IMG/VR virus record: IMGVR_UViG_3300032287_003113
Span: 62,001-126,000 of that record
Strand: one strand, 5' to 3'
Length of the DNA: 64,000 nt
Positions 1 to 9,305 of the stretch are shown one piece after another. The notes under the pieces were generated by a model that was given only the letters and a program-made list of their open reading frames with translations, was not told the DNA's origin and did not search any database. Each line of letters opens with the position of its first letter. The stretch's first letter is position 1. The position numbers and the translations under genes were made by a program.

Positions 1-643
1 ATTGATCTTCGTCACTGTTTGGTGTGCTTGTGATAATACATTTACCACCAGTGGCCAAGGTAGGAGTAATGGAAGTCCAAAAGTCTGCGGCAATGGTGGG
101 GCGAACAAACGCAAACTCGTCGCAGTATAGGAGTGATATACTCATGCCTCGTCCGGTGTTTTCTGTTGTGGTTTGACTTACTATGCGGCTACCATTTTCA
201 AAGTCTAAGCTACCTTTGTTGTAACTGGTTACACCGGCTCGGATATAATCCGGACAGTTTTCATAAGCATAACGGACACGTTGCATGATCTCTTGAGCAC
301 CTAGGTACTTGTGAGCAGCTACCAAGATGGTTGTATCTGGCACAAACATGGCATACCATAGCAAGTAGCCAGCGGCCGTGGTCGATTTGCCCGTTTGTCT
401 TGGCATTAGGCTTATACTGAATCTATAATGATGATAAGACTCAATCAATCGTTCTTGGTATTCAAAAGGATGATATTGTATGGCACCGCGGGTAGGGTGT
501 TGTATAAAGAAATAGTTCTTCATAAAGTAATCTGGGCCTGTTACAGGATCAGCACAGCGGGCTAACTCTAAGATCTGTTGCTCAGTGTAAGACATCCGTT
601 TGTACGGTGCCTTGATAATTGCAGTCTCTAACTCTTTACTCAT
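1..643 (-). CDS. gp17: Terminase large subunit, N-terminal ATPase part (runs off window start)
   Basis: Manual translation from ATG at 643: MSKELETAIIKAPY...HPFEYQERLI...MPRQTGKSTT (Walker A)...GRGMSISLLYCDEFAF (Walker B)...IITSTPN; T4-type TerL motifs. Not in the ORF track. Confidence 0.95.
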   Translation of the reverse strand, partial: MSKELETAIIKAPYKRMSYTEQQILELARCADPVTGPDYFMKNYFFIQHPTRGAIQYHPFEYQERLIESYHHYRFSISLMPRQTGKSTTAAGYLLWYAMFVPDTTILVAAHKYLGAQEIMQRVRYAYENCPDYIRAGVTSYNKGSLDFENGSRIVSQTTTENTGRGMSISLLYCDEFAFVRPTIAADFWTSITPTLATGGKCIITSTPNSDEDQ

Positions 644-656
644 ATAAGTATATTTA

Positions 657-1184
657 ATGTCAGATACATTGTTACTCAATCAAAATTACCAACCAATTAG
701 TGTGCTACCCCTTAGTGTTATCAATTGGCAACACGCAATCAAACTCATGTACCTGGGTCGTGTTCATGTGTTGGAAACCTATCCCAATTGGATAGTACAC
801 TCAGAACGCCTGGCTCTAAATGTGCCCAGTGTTTGTGTGACCCGAGACTACTTTCACTACAAACAGGCTGTTAAATTCAGCAGATATAATCTTTACATGC
901 GAGACTTATTCAAGTGTCAATATTGTGATGATGTGTTTGACTACGAAGATCTGACCATTGATCATGTGAAACCTCGTAGCCTGGGTGGCAAAACAGTCTG
1001 GGAAAATTGTGTTACCAGTTGTAAAACTTGTAATCATGCCAAAGGCAGTCATTTGCTATTGCCCAAGGTAAAACCGTACAAACCAGATTATTATAGTCTA
1101 GTTGGACAATGGAAGAAAATGCCGTTTACAGTTAAACAAGATTCGTGGAATCAATACTTGGGGTTAGATAAGCGAGTAGCTTAA
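657..1184 (+). CDS. HNH endonuclease (McrA-like)
   Basis: RDLFKCQYC...LTIDHVKPRSLGGKTVWENCVTSCKTCNHAKG. Confidence 0.9.
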   Translation: MSDTLLLNQNYQPISVLPLSVINWQHAIKLMYLGRVHVLETYPNWIVHSERLALNVPSVCVTRDYFHYKQAVKFSRYNLYMRDLFKCQYCDDVFDYEDLTIDHVKPRSLGGKTVWENCVTSCKTCNHAKGSHLLLPKVKPYKPDYYSLVGQWKKMPFTVKQDSWNQYLGLDKRVA

Positions 1185-1196
1185 AGGAAAATAAAA

Positions 1197-1754
1197 ATGA
1201 AAATAGCCATTACCGGACATACCCTGGGAATTGGAAAAGCCTTGGCAGAAGTATATCAACAACACGGACATGCTGTAGTTGGGTTTAGTCGATCCACAGG
1301 TCACGACATTTCGACTATTGATGGTCGCACACGTATTATTACAGAATCAGCCGATTGTGATTTATTTTTCAACAATGCTCATGCCGACTTTTCACAATGT
1401 GATTTATTATTTGAGTTATGGATGTCTTGGAAAAATCAAAAAAAATATATTGTAAACATTTCATCTGCTCACAGCGTAAAATGGGTATATTTTTTAAAAG
1501 ATCAGGTCAGTGATATCAAGTATTGTAGCGTTAAAAAAGCACTAGAGGAATCTGCAGAATTTTTGTGGAACCAATTGGATTGGCCCGCAGTATCAATCGT
1601 TTCTCCGTGTCGTACAGATACTCCCAGAGTAGCACATAGAGATTGGAGTAACAAAGTTGATCCGACGGAATTTGCTAACCTGGTATATACCACGTTGATT
1701 CAGAATAATTTTAGAGTGCAGAGATTAAGCCTGGCCAACAGACCCATCGATTAG
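1197..1754 (+). CDS. Short-chain dehydrogenase/reductase-like NAD(P)-binding protein
   Basis: ITGHTLGIG Rossmann motif, FFNNA, IVNISS, YCSVK (YxxxK); SD AAGGA upstream. Confidence 0.8.
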   Translation: MKIAITGHTLGIGKALAEVYQQHGHAVVGFSRSTGHDISTIDGRTRIITESADCDLFFNNAHADFSQCDLLFELWMSWKNQKKYIVNISSAHSVKWVYFLKDQVSDIKYCSVKKALEESAEFLWNQLDWPAVSIVSPCRTDTPRVAHRDWSNKVDPTEFANLVYTTLIQNNFRVQRLSLANRPID

Positions 1755-2146
1755 TTGTTGTTAGGGAAACTTCTGGGACGATACTCAGGATGTTTGGTTA
1801 GATATTCTTCTACCTTGTCACGCAGGCTACCTGTCATATAAGGCAAACTAAAATTAATCAAGAACCATAGATCAGTTCCAGGCATGACATGATATTCTTT
1901 TAATAGGTCATTGCGTTCTTTGGCGGTATAACTGATGTTACTGCCCACAGGACTCTGTATGCCTGCTTCGGCAGCTTGTGGTACTGTGTTATGACCGGTG
2001 TACATGCCAGCACCAGCTTCTAGCAAGCCTGTTATCCCAGCAAGACGTTTAATTTCTGCCAGATCGTTTGTATCCATGACCGCATCAGCGTCGCCTGATT
2101 CCCCAGGCAATACAAAGTCCGCTTGTGTTATGCGATACTGTTTCAT
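1751..2146 (-). CDS. Hypothetical protein (carries EIKRLAGI motif; possible head internal protein)
   Basis: Coupled ORF in the minus-strand head cluster; motif shared with the scaffold C-terminus. Confidence 0.6.
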   Translation of the reverse strand: MKQYRITQADFVLPGESGDADAVMDTNDLAEIKRLAGITGLLEAGAGMYTGHNTVPQAAEAGIQSPVGSNISYTAKERNDLLKEYHVMPGTDLWFLINFSLPYMTGSLRDKVEEYLTKHPEYRPRSFPNNN

Positions 2147-2490
2147 TTTAGTTTACGGATAGGCCCACGTGCTGTTACCGGGCTTTGATTGTTAACAATA
2201 TCTAATTCTTTTGATTCTTTGCCGGTGTTGTTTCTACTGGTGTAGCCCATGTTTTTGGCTGCACCTTGTATTATTTCACGCTCAGCGTCGGTATAAGCCA
2301 CTGTTACTAATTCTGGGCCAGTTGGGCCTTCGGTGTCTGTGTCACGATGTGGTTGTGCTGCCATGCTTAGACCAAATCTATAAGCGGCATACGGGTTGTT
2401 ATTGGTTTCTGGCCAACTGGCTAGATCAGGGATTGCGTTTATCGCAGCTTTGCGAAACTTACTTTCCTGGACAATTTCGACAATTTTCAT
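2143..2490 (-). CDS. Hypothetical protein, paralog of 2487..2861; putative internal head protein
   Basis: MKIVEIVQE N-terminus; AIPDL..W...NNNPYAAYRFG...QSPVTARGPIRK shared with neighbour. Confidence 0.7.
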   Translation of the reverse strand: MKIVEIVQESKFRKAAINAIPDLASWPETNNNPYAAYRFGLSMAAQPHRDTDTEGPTGPELVTVAYTDAEREIIQGAAKNMGYTSRNNTGKESKELDIVNNQSPVTARGPIRKLK

Positions 2491-2861
2491 TTTGGTTTAC
2501 GGATAGGACCTTGAGCTTTAACTGGACTCTTGATGTTAATCAAATCTGTTTCAAACGATCCATCACCGGATTGTTGTTCGGGTGTTATCCCTAGATAATT
2601 CTGTGCAGCACGGATTTTATCATTGTCGGCTTCGCTGTAACCAATGGTAGTGAATCTTCCGCCAATGGGTCCGTAGGGTTTCAATGGTAGGTCAGGTGCA
2701 CCAGCCAATGCAATACCATATCGATAGGCACCGTAGGCATTGTTGTTGTTGTCTAGTTCGTCCCAGGTTTTCAAATTTGGGATAGCACGTATGGCACTGG
2801 GACGCAGTTTTGCACGTCCTGTTTTTGCCTGAGCTTCTTGGATGATTTCTGTTATTTTCAT
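2487..2861 (-). CDS. Hypothetical protein, paralog of 2143..2490; putative internal head protein
   Basis: Start corrected to ATG 2861 (MKITEIIQE), 1 nt after the upstream stop; AIPNL..W...NNNNAYGAYRYG...KSPVKAQGPIRK. Confidence 0.7.
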   Translation of the reverse strand: MKITEIIQEAQAKTGRAKLRPSAIRAIPNLKTWDELDNNNNAYGAYRYGIALAGAPDLPLKPYGPIGGRFTTIGYSEADNDKIRAAQNYLGITPEQQSGDGSFETDLINIKSPVKAQGPIRKPK

Positions 2862-2862
2862 A

Positions 2863-3366
2863 TTACCAGGCCCTGCATGACCAATAACGTGCTTTGGTGC
2901 GTGGACCAGGATTGGCACAGTTGTGTCTAGCACGGAAGCTCTTTCGACGTTTTGGATTAGATTTTTTAATCTTCATGGTTTTGTCGCCAAAATTTACTTT
3001 GACTACTTTGCCAGTTTTGGGATTCTTTACGTACACCTTGGATTTTTTAACATCGCCCTTCATGGGACGACCCAACGGAACTTCACGGCCTTGATATTTG
3101 GCTTCAGGTACGTCATCTTCTTCTACTGCTTCTTCTTCTGAATGAAGATTGATGTGATCGTAGTGTGAGCTGTGATCTCTTGAGTAAGTTTCTAATAGAG
3201 AAACTACAGAATCTGTGCCGGCAATTACAATACCGTCTTCCACGATGGCAATGACTTCAGATTCAATCACTTCTGTTGGACTTAATTCAAGATCAAACAA
3301 ATCGCCCACAATTGGATTGTTGTGGGCGTGTTCTGCGTCAGAGACATAGTCTTTGAAGCTTTTCAT
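2863..3366 (-). CDS. Hypothetical protein, acidic N-half and very basic C-terminal domain; putative internal head protein
   Basis: MKSFKDYVSDAE N-terminus; C-terminal KVNFGD...RRKSFRARHNC...ARYWSCRAW. Confidence 0.7.
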   Translation of the reverse strand: MKSFKDYVSDAEHAHNNPIVGDLFDLELSPTEVIESEVIAIVEDGIVIAGTDSVVSLLETYSRDHSSHYDHINLHSEEEAVEEDDVPEAKYQGREVPLGRPMKGDVKKSKVYVKNPKTGKVVKVNFGDKTMKIKKSNPKRRKSFRARHNCANPGPRTKARYWSCRAW

Positions 3367-5207
3367 TAGTTGACTTTCTTAATACTCTCGTATTCAGCAG
3401 CTAATTGAGCTTCCAATGAAAGTGTTGCTTCGCTTACACGGTTACCTTTGTTGGTAAAAGGGTTTGCGGCCTTGTTGGCAGTGGCAGGATCTTGACTCTT
3501 TTCACGATTCATGTCGTCACCTTGTGTGGTGATTGTTTTGATACTGGCATACTTGGGACGAGGCTTGTTGACTGCTTCGGGAGCATCAGCAACATCAACC
3601 TTAGCTTCATCAATGTCTTTGGTTTTGATAGCATTGGTGCCAGGAATCTTGTCGCCAATTGCGACATCGTCGTCTGCTAGCCCCGCTGTGAATGCGTTGC
3701 CTTCGTTGGGTTCTTCAGTGATTTCATCTGTGTTGAAAATTTGACCAAATGCATTGAACTTGTCTTTGCCTGACTTCTCTGCAGCAGCATCTTGTTGTTT
3801 GATATATTCGCCACGACTGACTTCGCTTAGTCCAGCCAATTTGGCCAGTTCATCCAGTTCAGACGCTAGTGAATCTTCTTCGTAGTAGTTACGACCTTGA
3901 CCTTTTAACAATGCTGATTTGCCTGGGATTTGACTTGCTGGCAAGTTGCCTGGAATACCCATTGGTGTCTTAGGAGCATCTTTAACGTGTGCAAACGGAT
4001 CAGGGCGATCAAATTGGTCCATTTTACTGGGCACTTGTGCGGCTTCGTCAGCGACCATTTTGCCATGATAACCCTTGATCTCCATACAGTCACGTAACAA
4101 CTCACTGCAATGACCTGTTTCTTTAAACACTTTCATGTCGTTACTGAGTTCAGCCAACATTTCGTCAACTGTCTGATGTTTTTCTTTTAACAAGTTAGCA
4201 AAGTTTACACCTTCAGTAAGTCTATGTGCTAGATTGTCCATGCTTTCTGCCACTGATTTTTTGGAATCTTTTTTTGCAACTGTTTTTTCAGCATCTGGTT
4301 TCACACGACCGAATGGATCATGACCCATTTTGTTTTTGCTGGAGAATGGCAAACTGTCTTTGCTACTTTTCTCTCCGGTACTGTGTTTGCTTGGACGACC
4401 GCGGCCACGCTTCTCACCTGTGTCGGCTTTCTTGGCATGCTTGCGTGGACGACCACGCTTGCCTTTGTTTTCATCATCTTTGTCTTCGTCATCATCACTT
4501 TGATAACCAGGATAATCTTTTTTAGTATGACGGGTCACACCATCTTTGTGACTGACTTCGCCGCCTTTGTGTGTGGTTGCTTTTTCTTCAAAAAATCTTT
4601 CGTCTTGCAACAGTTTATCTACTTGGCTTGTGGAGATATTGAACTCGTCGGCCACTTGCTCAATGGCTTCTTCTGGTTCCATTTCATAACCTTTTTGCTG
4701 ATAAAAAGTATCATTTAGTTGTGCCAATCGAGCACGGATTTTTTTCACTAACTCAACTGTTGGTTTTACTTTGACTTCTTCCATCTTGGTATGTTCACAA
4801 CTACCTTCGGTCATGCCACATTCGTTGCATGTGCCTTCTCCAACGTGTTGCGGTAAACCTTTGTGCTTGGTAGCGGCAAAGTCCGTGGCATCTTTTTTGC
4901 CCATTGATTTGGCTACCTTGGCTACAGCTGGACTGGCGGCCTTAGAACCTTTTTGTGCGGCGTGAACCATGCCCATGAATTTTTGTTGAGCTTGGCTAAC
5001 TGCCTTCTCTTCAATTTTACTTTTGGCAAATTGTTCAGCTAGGCGTTGCTGTACTGAATCAACTCCAGCAAGGATACTACCTTGTGCTTCAACGCTTTCG
5101 CGGATTTCTTTTACAAGAGCAAAACGCTTTTCTTCTGCGGTTGGCTTGAGTGCTTCTAGTTTGCCTAGAATACTGTAGATGTTATCGTGTGAATGATTGT
5201 TGCTCAT
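3366..5207 (-). CDS. Large charged low-complexity protein with AT-hook-like motifs; putative core/internal head protein
   Basis: 613 aa, E/K-rich; KRGRPRK and RGRGRPSK; AVSQAQQKFMG module; ELAKLAGL motif. Confidence 0.65.
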   Translation of the reverse strand: MSNNHSHDNIYSILGKLEALKPTAEEKRFALVKEIRESVEAQGSILAGVDSVQQRLAEQFAKSKIEEKAVSQAQQKFMGMVHAAQKGSKAASPAVAKVAKSMGKKDATDFAATKHKGLPQHVGEGTCNECGMTEGSCEHTKMEEVKVKPTVELVKKIRARLAQLNDTFYQQKGYEMEPEEAIEQVADEFNISTSQVDKLLQDERFFEEKATTHKGGEVSHKDGVTRHTKKDYPGYQSDDDEDKDDENKGKRGRPRKHAKKADTGEKRGRGRPSKHSTGEKSSKDSLPFSSKNKMGHDPFGRVKPDAEKTVAKKDSKKSVAESMDNLAHRLTEGVNFANLLKEKHQTVDEMLAELSNDMKVFKETGHCSELLRDCMEIKGYHGKMVADEAAQVPSKMDQFDRPDPFAHVKDAPKTPMGIPGNLPASQIPGKSALLKGQGRNYYEEDSLASELDELAKLAGLSEVSRGEYIKQQDAAAEKSGKDKFNAFGQIFNTDEITEEPNEGNAFTAGLADDDVAIGDKIPGTNAIKTKDIDEAKVDVADAPEAVNKPRPKYASIKTITTQGDDMNREKSQDPATANKAANPFTNKGNRVSEATLSLEAQLAAEYESIKKVN

Positions 5208-5209
5208 GT

Positions 5210-5794
5210 TTACTTTCCTTTTGCCTTGTGTACTTTGTTTTGGTTTGTGCCAACTGGACTGGTGGTGCCAACATTTTCTGCTGTCATTACGCCAGTGGTT
5301 TTTTCAGTAGCGGCAAAATCAAATTTGCGACTTTCCAATTCTTTGATCAAACTACCAATACGAAGTTGTCCGGCTAACTCTTGACCGCCTTCGTCAGCTT
5401 TTAACTCTTCTTCATCCAGCAAAGCACCTTCATGATCTTTGCCACGTGCTTCTGCTTCGTCTGTGTTGACTGCGTCACCTAAGGTACGTACACAGATCCA
5501 GTCTGGATTCAATTGAGCACGTTCTTTGATTGTTTGGCGGATCTGCGGAACTGTGACAGGGTATGCAACTTTGATGTCAAATGTCCAACACTCGCAAGGA
5601 CCCCATTGTGGGAATTCACGGTGTTCTTGTATGGGCAAACTTTTAACAGCACTGACGCTTTCTAACTGATAAGTTTCCAGTGCATGTTTAATGCGGTCCA
5701 TTACTTCCCCTTTGGGGTTAATGGTAGCTAGTTTGATACGAAACTCGTATGGCTTGTTTAATTCGGCGATGTAAGTTTGGAATGGTTTCATCAT
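5210..5794 (-). CDS. Hypothetical protein with T4 capsid-targeting-like N-terminus
   Basis: MMKPFQTYIAE compared with T4 IPIII MKTYQEFIAE; own TATAAATA promoter and SD. Confidence 0.7.
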   Translation of the reverse strand: MMKPFQTYIAELNKPYEFRIKLATINPKGEVMDRIKHALETYQLESVSAVKSLPIQEHREFPQWGPCECWTFDIKVAYPVTVPQIRQTIKERAQLNPDWICVRTLGDAVNTDEAEARGKDHEGALLDEEELKADEGGQELAGQLRIGSLIKELESRKFDFAATEKTTGVMTAENVGTTSPVGTNQNKVHKAKGK

Positions 5795-5811
5795 TATAAT
5801 CCTATATTCAG

Positions 5812-5819
5812 TATTTATA
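5812..5819 (-). promoter_or_regulatory. T4-type late promoter TATAAATA
   Basis: Perfect consensus, followed by AGGA SD and ATG 5794. Confidence 0.8.
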
Positions 5820-6297
5820 CTTTTTTGTTTAATATTTGTTTTAGCAATTCGTTGCGATCCAGCACAACTCCTTGCCCGTCTATGGCTGCTTCCACTGGAT
5901 CTTTGGCATCTTTTTTGATCTGGTGATCCAGCTTGGCTTTGGCCAACTGTAACTGTACCATTTTTAACTTTTTATCTAGCTTGGCAGTTTTGGCTGTGAT
6001 AGCGTGTCCCAACATTACACCAGCTGTTTGTAAGATAACACCCGAAAAGCGTGGCTCTACATTCATGCCCAGATCTATCAGATCTTCAGCTTTGCTCTGT
6101 GCCAACTGTGCCAATTCATCCAGCTCGGTATCACCGGTGTCTAAATTGTGTACTGTGGGTAGTGCAGCATCAATCTTATCTATAGCAAGATTAACTTCGG
6201 TGATTATGTCGCGGTTTTCTTCAATTATCTGCTCGGCTTCTTCGGCAGTAGCATCCGTGGATGGTAGGTTAAACAGCTCTTCTAATTTTTTAGTCAT
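5815..6297 (-). CDS. Helical hypothetical protein, possibly terminase small subunit-like
   Basis: 160 aa, coiled-coil character, ends ..RNELLKQIL; size and context only, no diagnostic motif. Confidence 0.4.
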   Translation of the reverse strand: MTKKLEELFNLPSTDATAEEAEQIIEENRDIITEVNLAIDKIDAALPTVHNLDTGDTELDELAQLAQSKAEDLIDLGMNVEPRFSGVILQTAGVMLGHAITAKTAKLDKKLKMVQLQLAKAKLDHQIKKDAKDPVEAAIDGQGVVLDRNELLKQILNKKV

Positions 6298-6305
6298 AGC
6301 AATAT

Positions 6306-6740
6306 TTATTTGCTACGGCCTTGGTGGAAAATCATATCTTCGGTGACAACTCTAAAGGTCATTCCGTGTGCTCGAGCCCAAGCACGAGCAGCCTCCCATT
6401 TGGCCATGTTCAATATGGCACTGGCTTGATCACGTATGTTTTTGGCGCCTTCTAGCGTGGTTTCTTTTTTGGGTTTGACTTCGACCAATTCAGCACGTTG
6501 GGCACCGCCAGCATCTTGATAGGTAATCAAAAAGTCTGGAACATAAATGGTATTTTTACCTGTCAACGGATTGCGATAGTTGATATGTACTGCCTCGCTA
6601 GCCCAGTTGATTATGCTGGGATTGTTGTCACAGAATTGCATAAAAACAAATTCCCAGCTGCTTCTATATGTAGGCGTTTTATTGCCCACATACTTGGCAG
6701 GGTTCTGTATTTGAAATTTGCCTTGCGAGTATTTGCTCAT
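6306..6740 (-). CDS. gp4: Head completion nuclease (PD-(D/E)xK, TnsA-like fold)
   Basis: YRSSWEFVFMQFCDNNPSIINWASE...YVPDF...EVKP...NMAKWEAA...FRVVTE. Confidence 0.9.
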   Translation of the reverse strand: MSKYSQGKFQIQNPAKYVGNKTPTYRSSWEFVFMQFCDNNPSIINWASEAVHINYRNPLTGKNTIYVPDFLITYQDAGGAQRAELVEVKPKKETTLEGAKNIRDQASAILNMAKWEAARAWARAHGMTFRVVTEDMIFHQGRSK

Positions 6741-7120
6741 ATCAATACTGTGCGAGAAACCAGGGGATTAGTATTGTTTGTTCGTTTGACGCCAATGGTA
6801 CTGGTAGGTGCTCGATTGGCGTTTAAGAATGCAGCAAGATAGTTGTTGAGTTCACCAGCTGGTAATTTTTGAAACTCGCTCAGCACCATCATTGGATCCA
6901 AGTTTTGTGCTTGTGCTGTGTACAACACCACCGCAGCTAAATTTTTAGCTGAAGTTTTGTTCTGTGTGCGTTTTTCAAAGAAAGCTACAATAGCATCATC
7001 AGCTGGCCCTGACGTAAATTCTTTAGAATAGAAATTATTAAAATATTTTCTAGCGTCATTGACAGCAACCGAAGTGTCTGGTGGTGCTAAATTAGTTGCG
7101 GTAGAGATTTGATTATTCAA
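6737..7120 (-). CDS. Hypothetical protein (tail/baseplate operon)
   Basis: 127-aa ORF overlapping both neighbours by 4 nt. Confidence 0.6.
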   Translation of the reverse strand: MNNQISTATNLAPPDTSVAVNDARKYFNNFYSKEFTSGPADDAIVAFFEKRTQNKTSAKNLAAVVLYTAQAQNLDPMMVLSEFQKLPAGELNNYLAAFLNANRAPTSTIGVKRTNNTNPLVSRTVLI

Positions 7121-8595
7121 AATAGACCCCCATAGGAAGCTTCACTTAATGCCGCTGTACTAAAACTGGCACTAAATTCGTTAGCAATGTCTCTTGTTAA
7201 ATCACCAAATGCCGTTGAAATATCGCCGACTAAACTTCCAACTTGGTCCTTGATAAATCCTGATGCTTGATCAATCAATGGTTGTGTTAGCTCAGTTACA
7301 TAGGAACCAACCTGTTGCATAGCATAGGTGGCTGCCATGTTGGTCACTGTGGCCAGGGCCGCTTGAGGGTTTTGTATAGCTGACGCAATTAGATTAATAG
7401 TGGCTCCGCCATTGGGCCCAAGACCTGCGGCTAGTCCACCAATCAGTCCATTGGCCGCGGAGCTTACTACGCCGCCCACGATATTAGACGCTTGTGCTTG
7501 TATCTGTTGCTGTATTTGTGCGGCACTGGTAATGCCCTGTGTTAAACTGCCAAGACTTGGCACACTGAATCCACCGGCATTGACTCCGCCCACACCTGCA
7601 GAAATTGATGTGCCAGTACCAAACAATCTTCCAAACACACTGGGTTGTGCTGATGTTGTACCGGCACCAAAATTTATGGGTGCGGTTGCATCGGTGTATA
7701 GTGGACTAATGCCTGCCAGGTCGGTGATTTGATCTGGCGCACGGTTATATCCACCTTGGCCATTGTCTACCAGGTCTGTTCCGTCTCTTGGAGCAATAGG
7801 ACTTGGCATCTTGTCATAGTGCAAATCAATAAATCCGCCGGCGTTGTTGGCAGTGGTATAGCCTGTTAGATATTTTACTGTTTCATACTGTATGGTCATT
7901 TCGTGACTTAACAAACTGGTTTCGCCATTCACATGATCACCGTGTTTGAACGCAGTGATAGTGGGATTGACCAATTGGTATTCACTAAAATTCTTTTGAT
8001 ACAAGCTGTAAATTCTTATAGCTTGTATGTATTGATAGGCCTGTTGCCCATTTAGGTTGGTACCAACTGTGGGACGTCTTGGACTATAACCCCAATCAAA
8101 GCTGGGACGACTGGCATACTTGTGTGGAGTATTATAGGTGGCGTCAGCATAGTCGGGGTCACGAAAAAAGAAACTGTAGTAGTCATACCAGAAATTTCTT
8201 ACATTGTCGCTTTGGTCATCGTGGAATGATATTTGCACAGGATCATACTTGATGCTATTTTGCACAATGTTTTTACGATTGTAAGCATTGTGTGTTTTGG
8301 TGTCGATAGTAAACTTTGGTAGCGTGGCACTTTTGACCAACATGCCTAATTCTCTTGCTGGAGCATTGCCACTACCCATGCTTTTGTATTGCAAGGTTTG
8401 ATCGGAGATATTTGTAATCAATGGATTAAAATCAAATTCCACATAAAACAAAAATCCATATTTGGGACTTAGTCGGAAATTGTCGTCGGTGAATATTCTT
8501 GCCGCATGGCGGTAGTCATACATTTGCCCGCGAGGATTTGTAACTGTATTTGGGTAATTAACTTGAGACGATGATAAATGTTTATTAATGCTCAT
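7117..8595 (-). CDS. Tail-tube-fold protein (gp19/gp54-like) with Gly/Ala-rich C-terminal extension
   Basis: LVKSATLPKFTIDT...YNRK...KYDPVQISFHDD parallels the adjacent tube protein (VVDIKRP...YNSK...INFRDD). Confidence 0.65.
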   Translation of the reverse strand: MSINKHLSSSQVNYPNTVTNPRGQMYDYRHAARIFTDDNFRLSPKYGFLFYVEFDFNPLITNISDQTLQYKSMGSGNAPARELGMLVKSATLPKFTIDTKTHNAYNRKNIVQNSIKYDPVQISFHDDQSDNVRNFWYDYYSFFFRDPDYADATYNTPHKYASRPSFDWGYSPRRPTVGTNLNGQQAYQYIQAIRIYSLYQKNFSEYQLVNPTITAFKHGDHVNGETSLLSHEMTIQYETVKYLTGYTTANNAGGFIDLHYDKMPSPIAPRDGTDLVDNGQGGYNRAPDQITDLAGISPLYTDATAPINFGAGTTSAQPSVFGRLFGTGTSISAGVGGVNAGGFSVPSLGSLTQGITSAAQIQQQIQAQASNIVGGVVSSAANGLIGGLAAGLGPNGGATINLIASAIQNPQAALATVTNMAATYAMQQVGSYVTELTQPLIDQASGFIKDQVGSLVGDISTAFGDLTRDIANEFSASFSTAALSEASYGGLF

Positions 8596-8612
8596 ACTAA
8601 TATTTATCCAAT

Positions 8613-8641
8613 AAAAAACCCGAGGTTTTTAAGCTCGGGTT
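8613..8641 (-). terminator. Intrinsic terminator after tail tube gene
   Basis: AACCCGAG-loop-CTCGGGTT followed by a U-tract on the minus strand. Confidence 0.8.
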
Positions 8642-8660
8642 AGTTGATAAAATTTATCAA

Positions 8661-9272
8661 TTAGTTAACGCTGTCACCTCTTGGGAAAGTAACAGTAGTA
8701 CCAACACCGCCACCGATTGTTTGTACAGCATTGTCAAAGCGGATGTTGACTGCAATTTGCACAGGATCATTACTGTTATAAGCCATGTCGCCATAGTCAA
8801 CTGAACTTAGGAAACAACCTTCTAGGTCCCACTGCTCAAGAATCACCGGAGTTGTTTGACCATTGCCACCGTCTAGGATGTCGAATTCCATACGGAACTT
8901 GTAATCAACACCACTTGGTGCAGAGCTTTGTTCCATAAAGTCAAACTGCTTCTGGATCTGTTCACCAATAAGTTTACTGACTTGACCAGTTGCATCATCA
9001 CGGAAGTTGATTGTGGTTTCTTGCCACTCTGGCTTGCCTTGCAAGTATACTTTGCTGTTATAAACATCAATAGTAACAGGTGCAAATGTTACGTTTGGAC
9101 GCTTGATATCCACTACTTGCTTGGTTAGTTCTGTGGTTGGGTTAGTTACACCAAGATTATAAAAGCTCGCACGGAAGCGATACTTTAACTTGGGCATCAA
9201 AAGACCTTGGCTTGATGCACTTTGGTCATTTGATAGTGGAACTGTAAATTTGCTTAAACTTGCTACGGCCAT
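8661..9272 (-). CDS. gp19: Tail tube protein
   Basis: PKLKYRFR...GKPEWQETTINFRDD...EQWDLEGCF...YGDMAY...IRFDNA; directly downstream of the sheath. Confidence 0.85.
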   Translation of the reverse strand: MAVASLSKFTVPLSNDQSASSQGLLMPKLKYRFRASFYNLGVTNPTTELTKQVVDIKRPNVTFAPVTIDVYNSKVYLQGKPEWQETTINFRDDATGQVSKLIGEQIQKQFDFMEQSSAPSGVDYKFRMEFDILDGGNGQTTPVILEQWDLEGCFLSSVDYGDMAYNSNDPVQIAVNIRFDNAVQTIGGGVGTTVTFPRGDSVN

Positions 9273-9290
9273 GTTATTCTCCTATACTCT

Positions 9291-9297
9291 TATTTAT
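9291..9297 (-). promoter_or_regulatory. Late promoter (ATAAATA) for tail tube
   Basis: GATAAATA...AGGAGA...ATG. Confidence 0.7.
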
Positions 9298-9305
9298 CTA
9301 TATTC

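Noticed and set aside
6306-6740. Tn7-like transposon (TnsA-like nuclease)
   Set aside because: The motifs and context fit head-completion gp4; there is no TnsB/C or terminal repeat.
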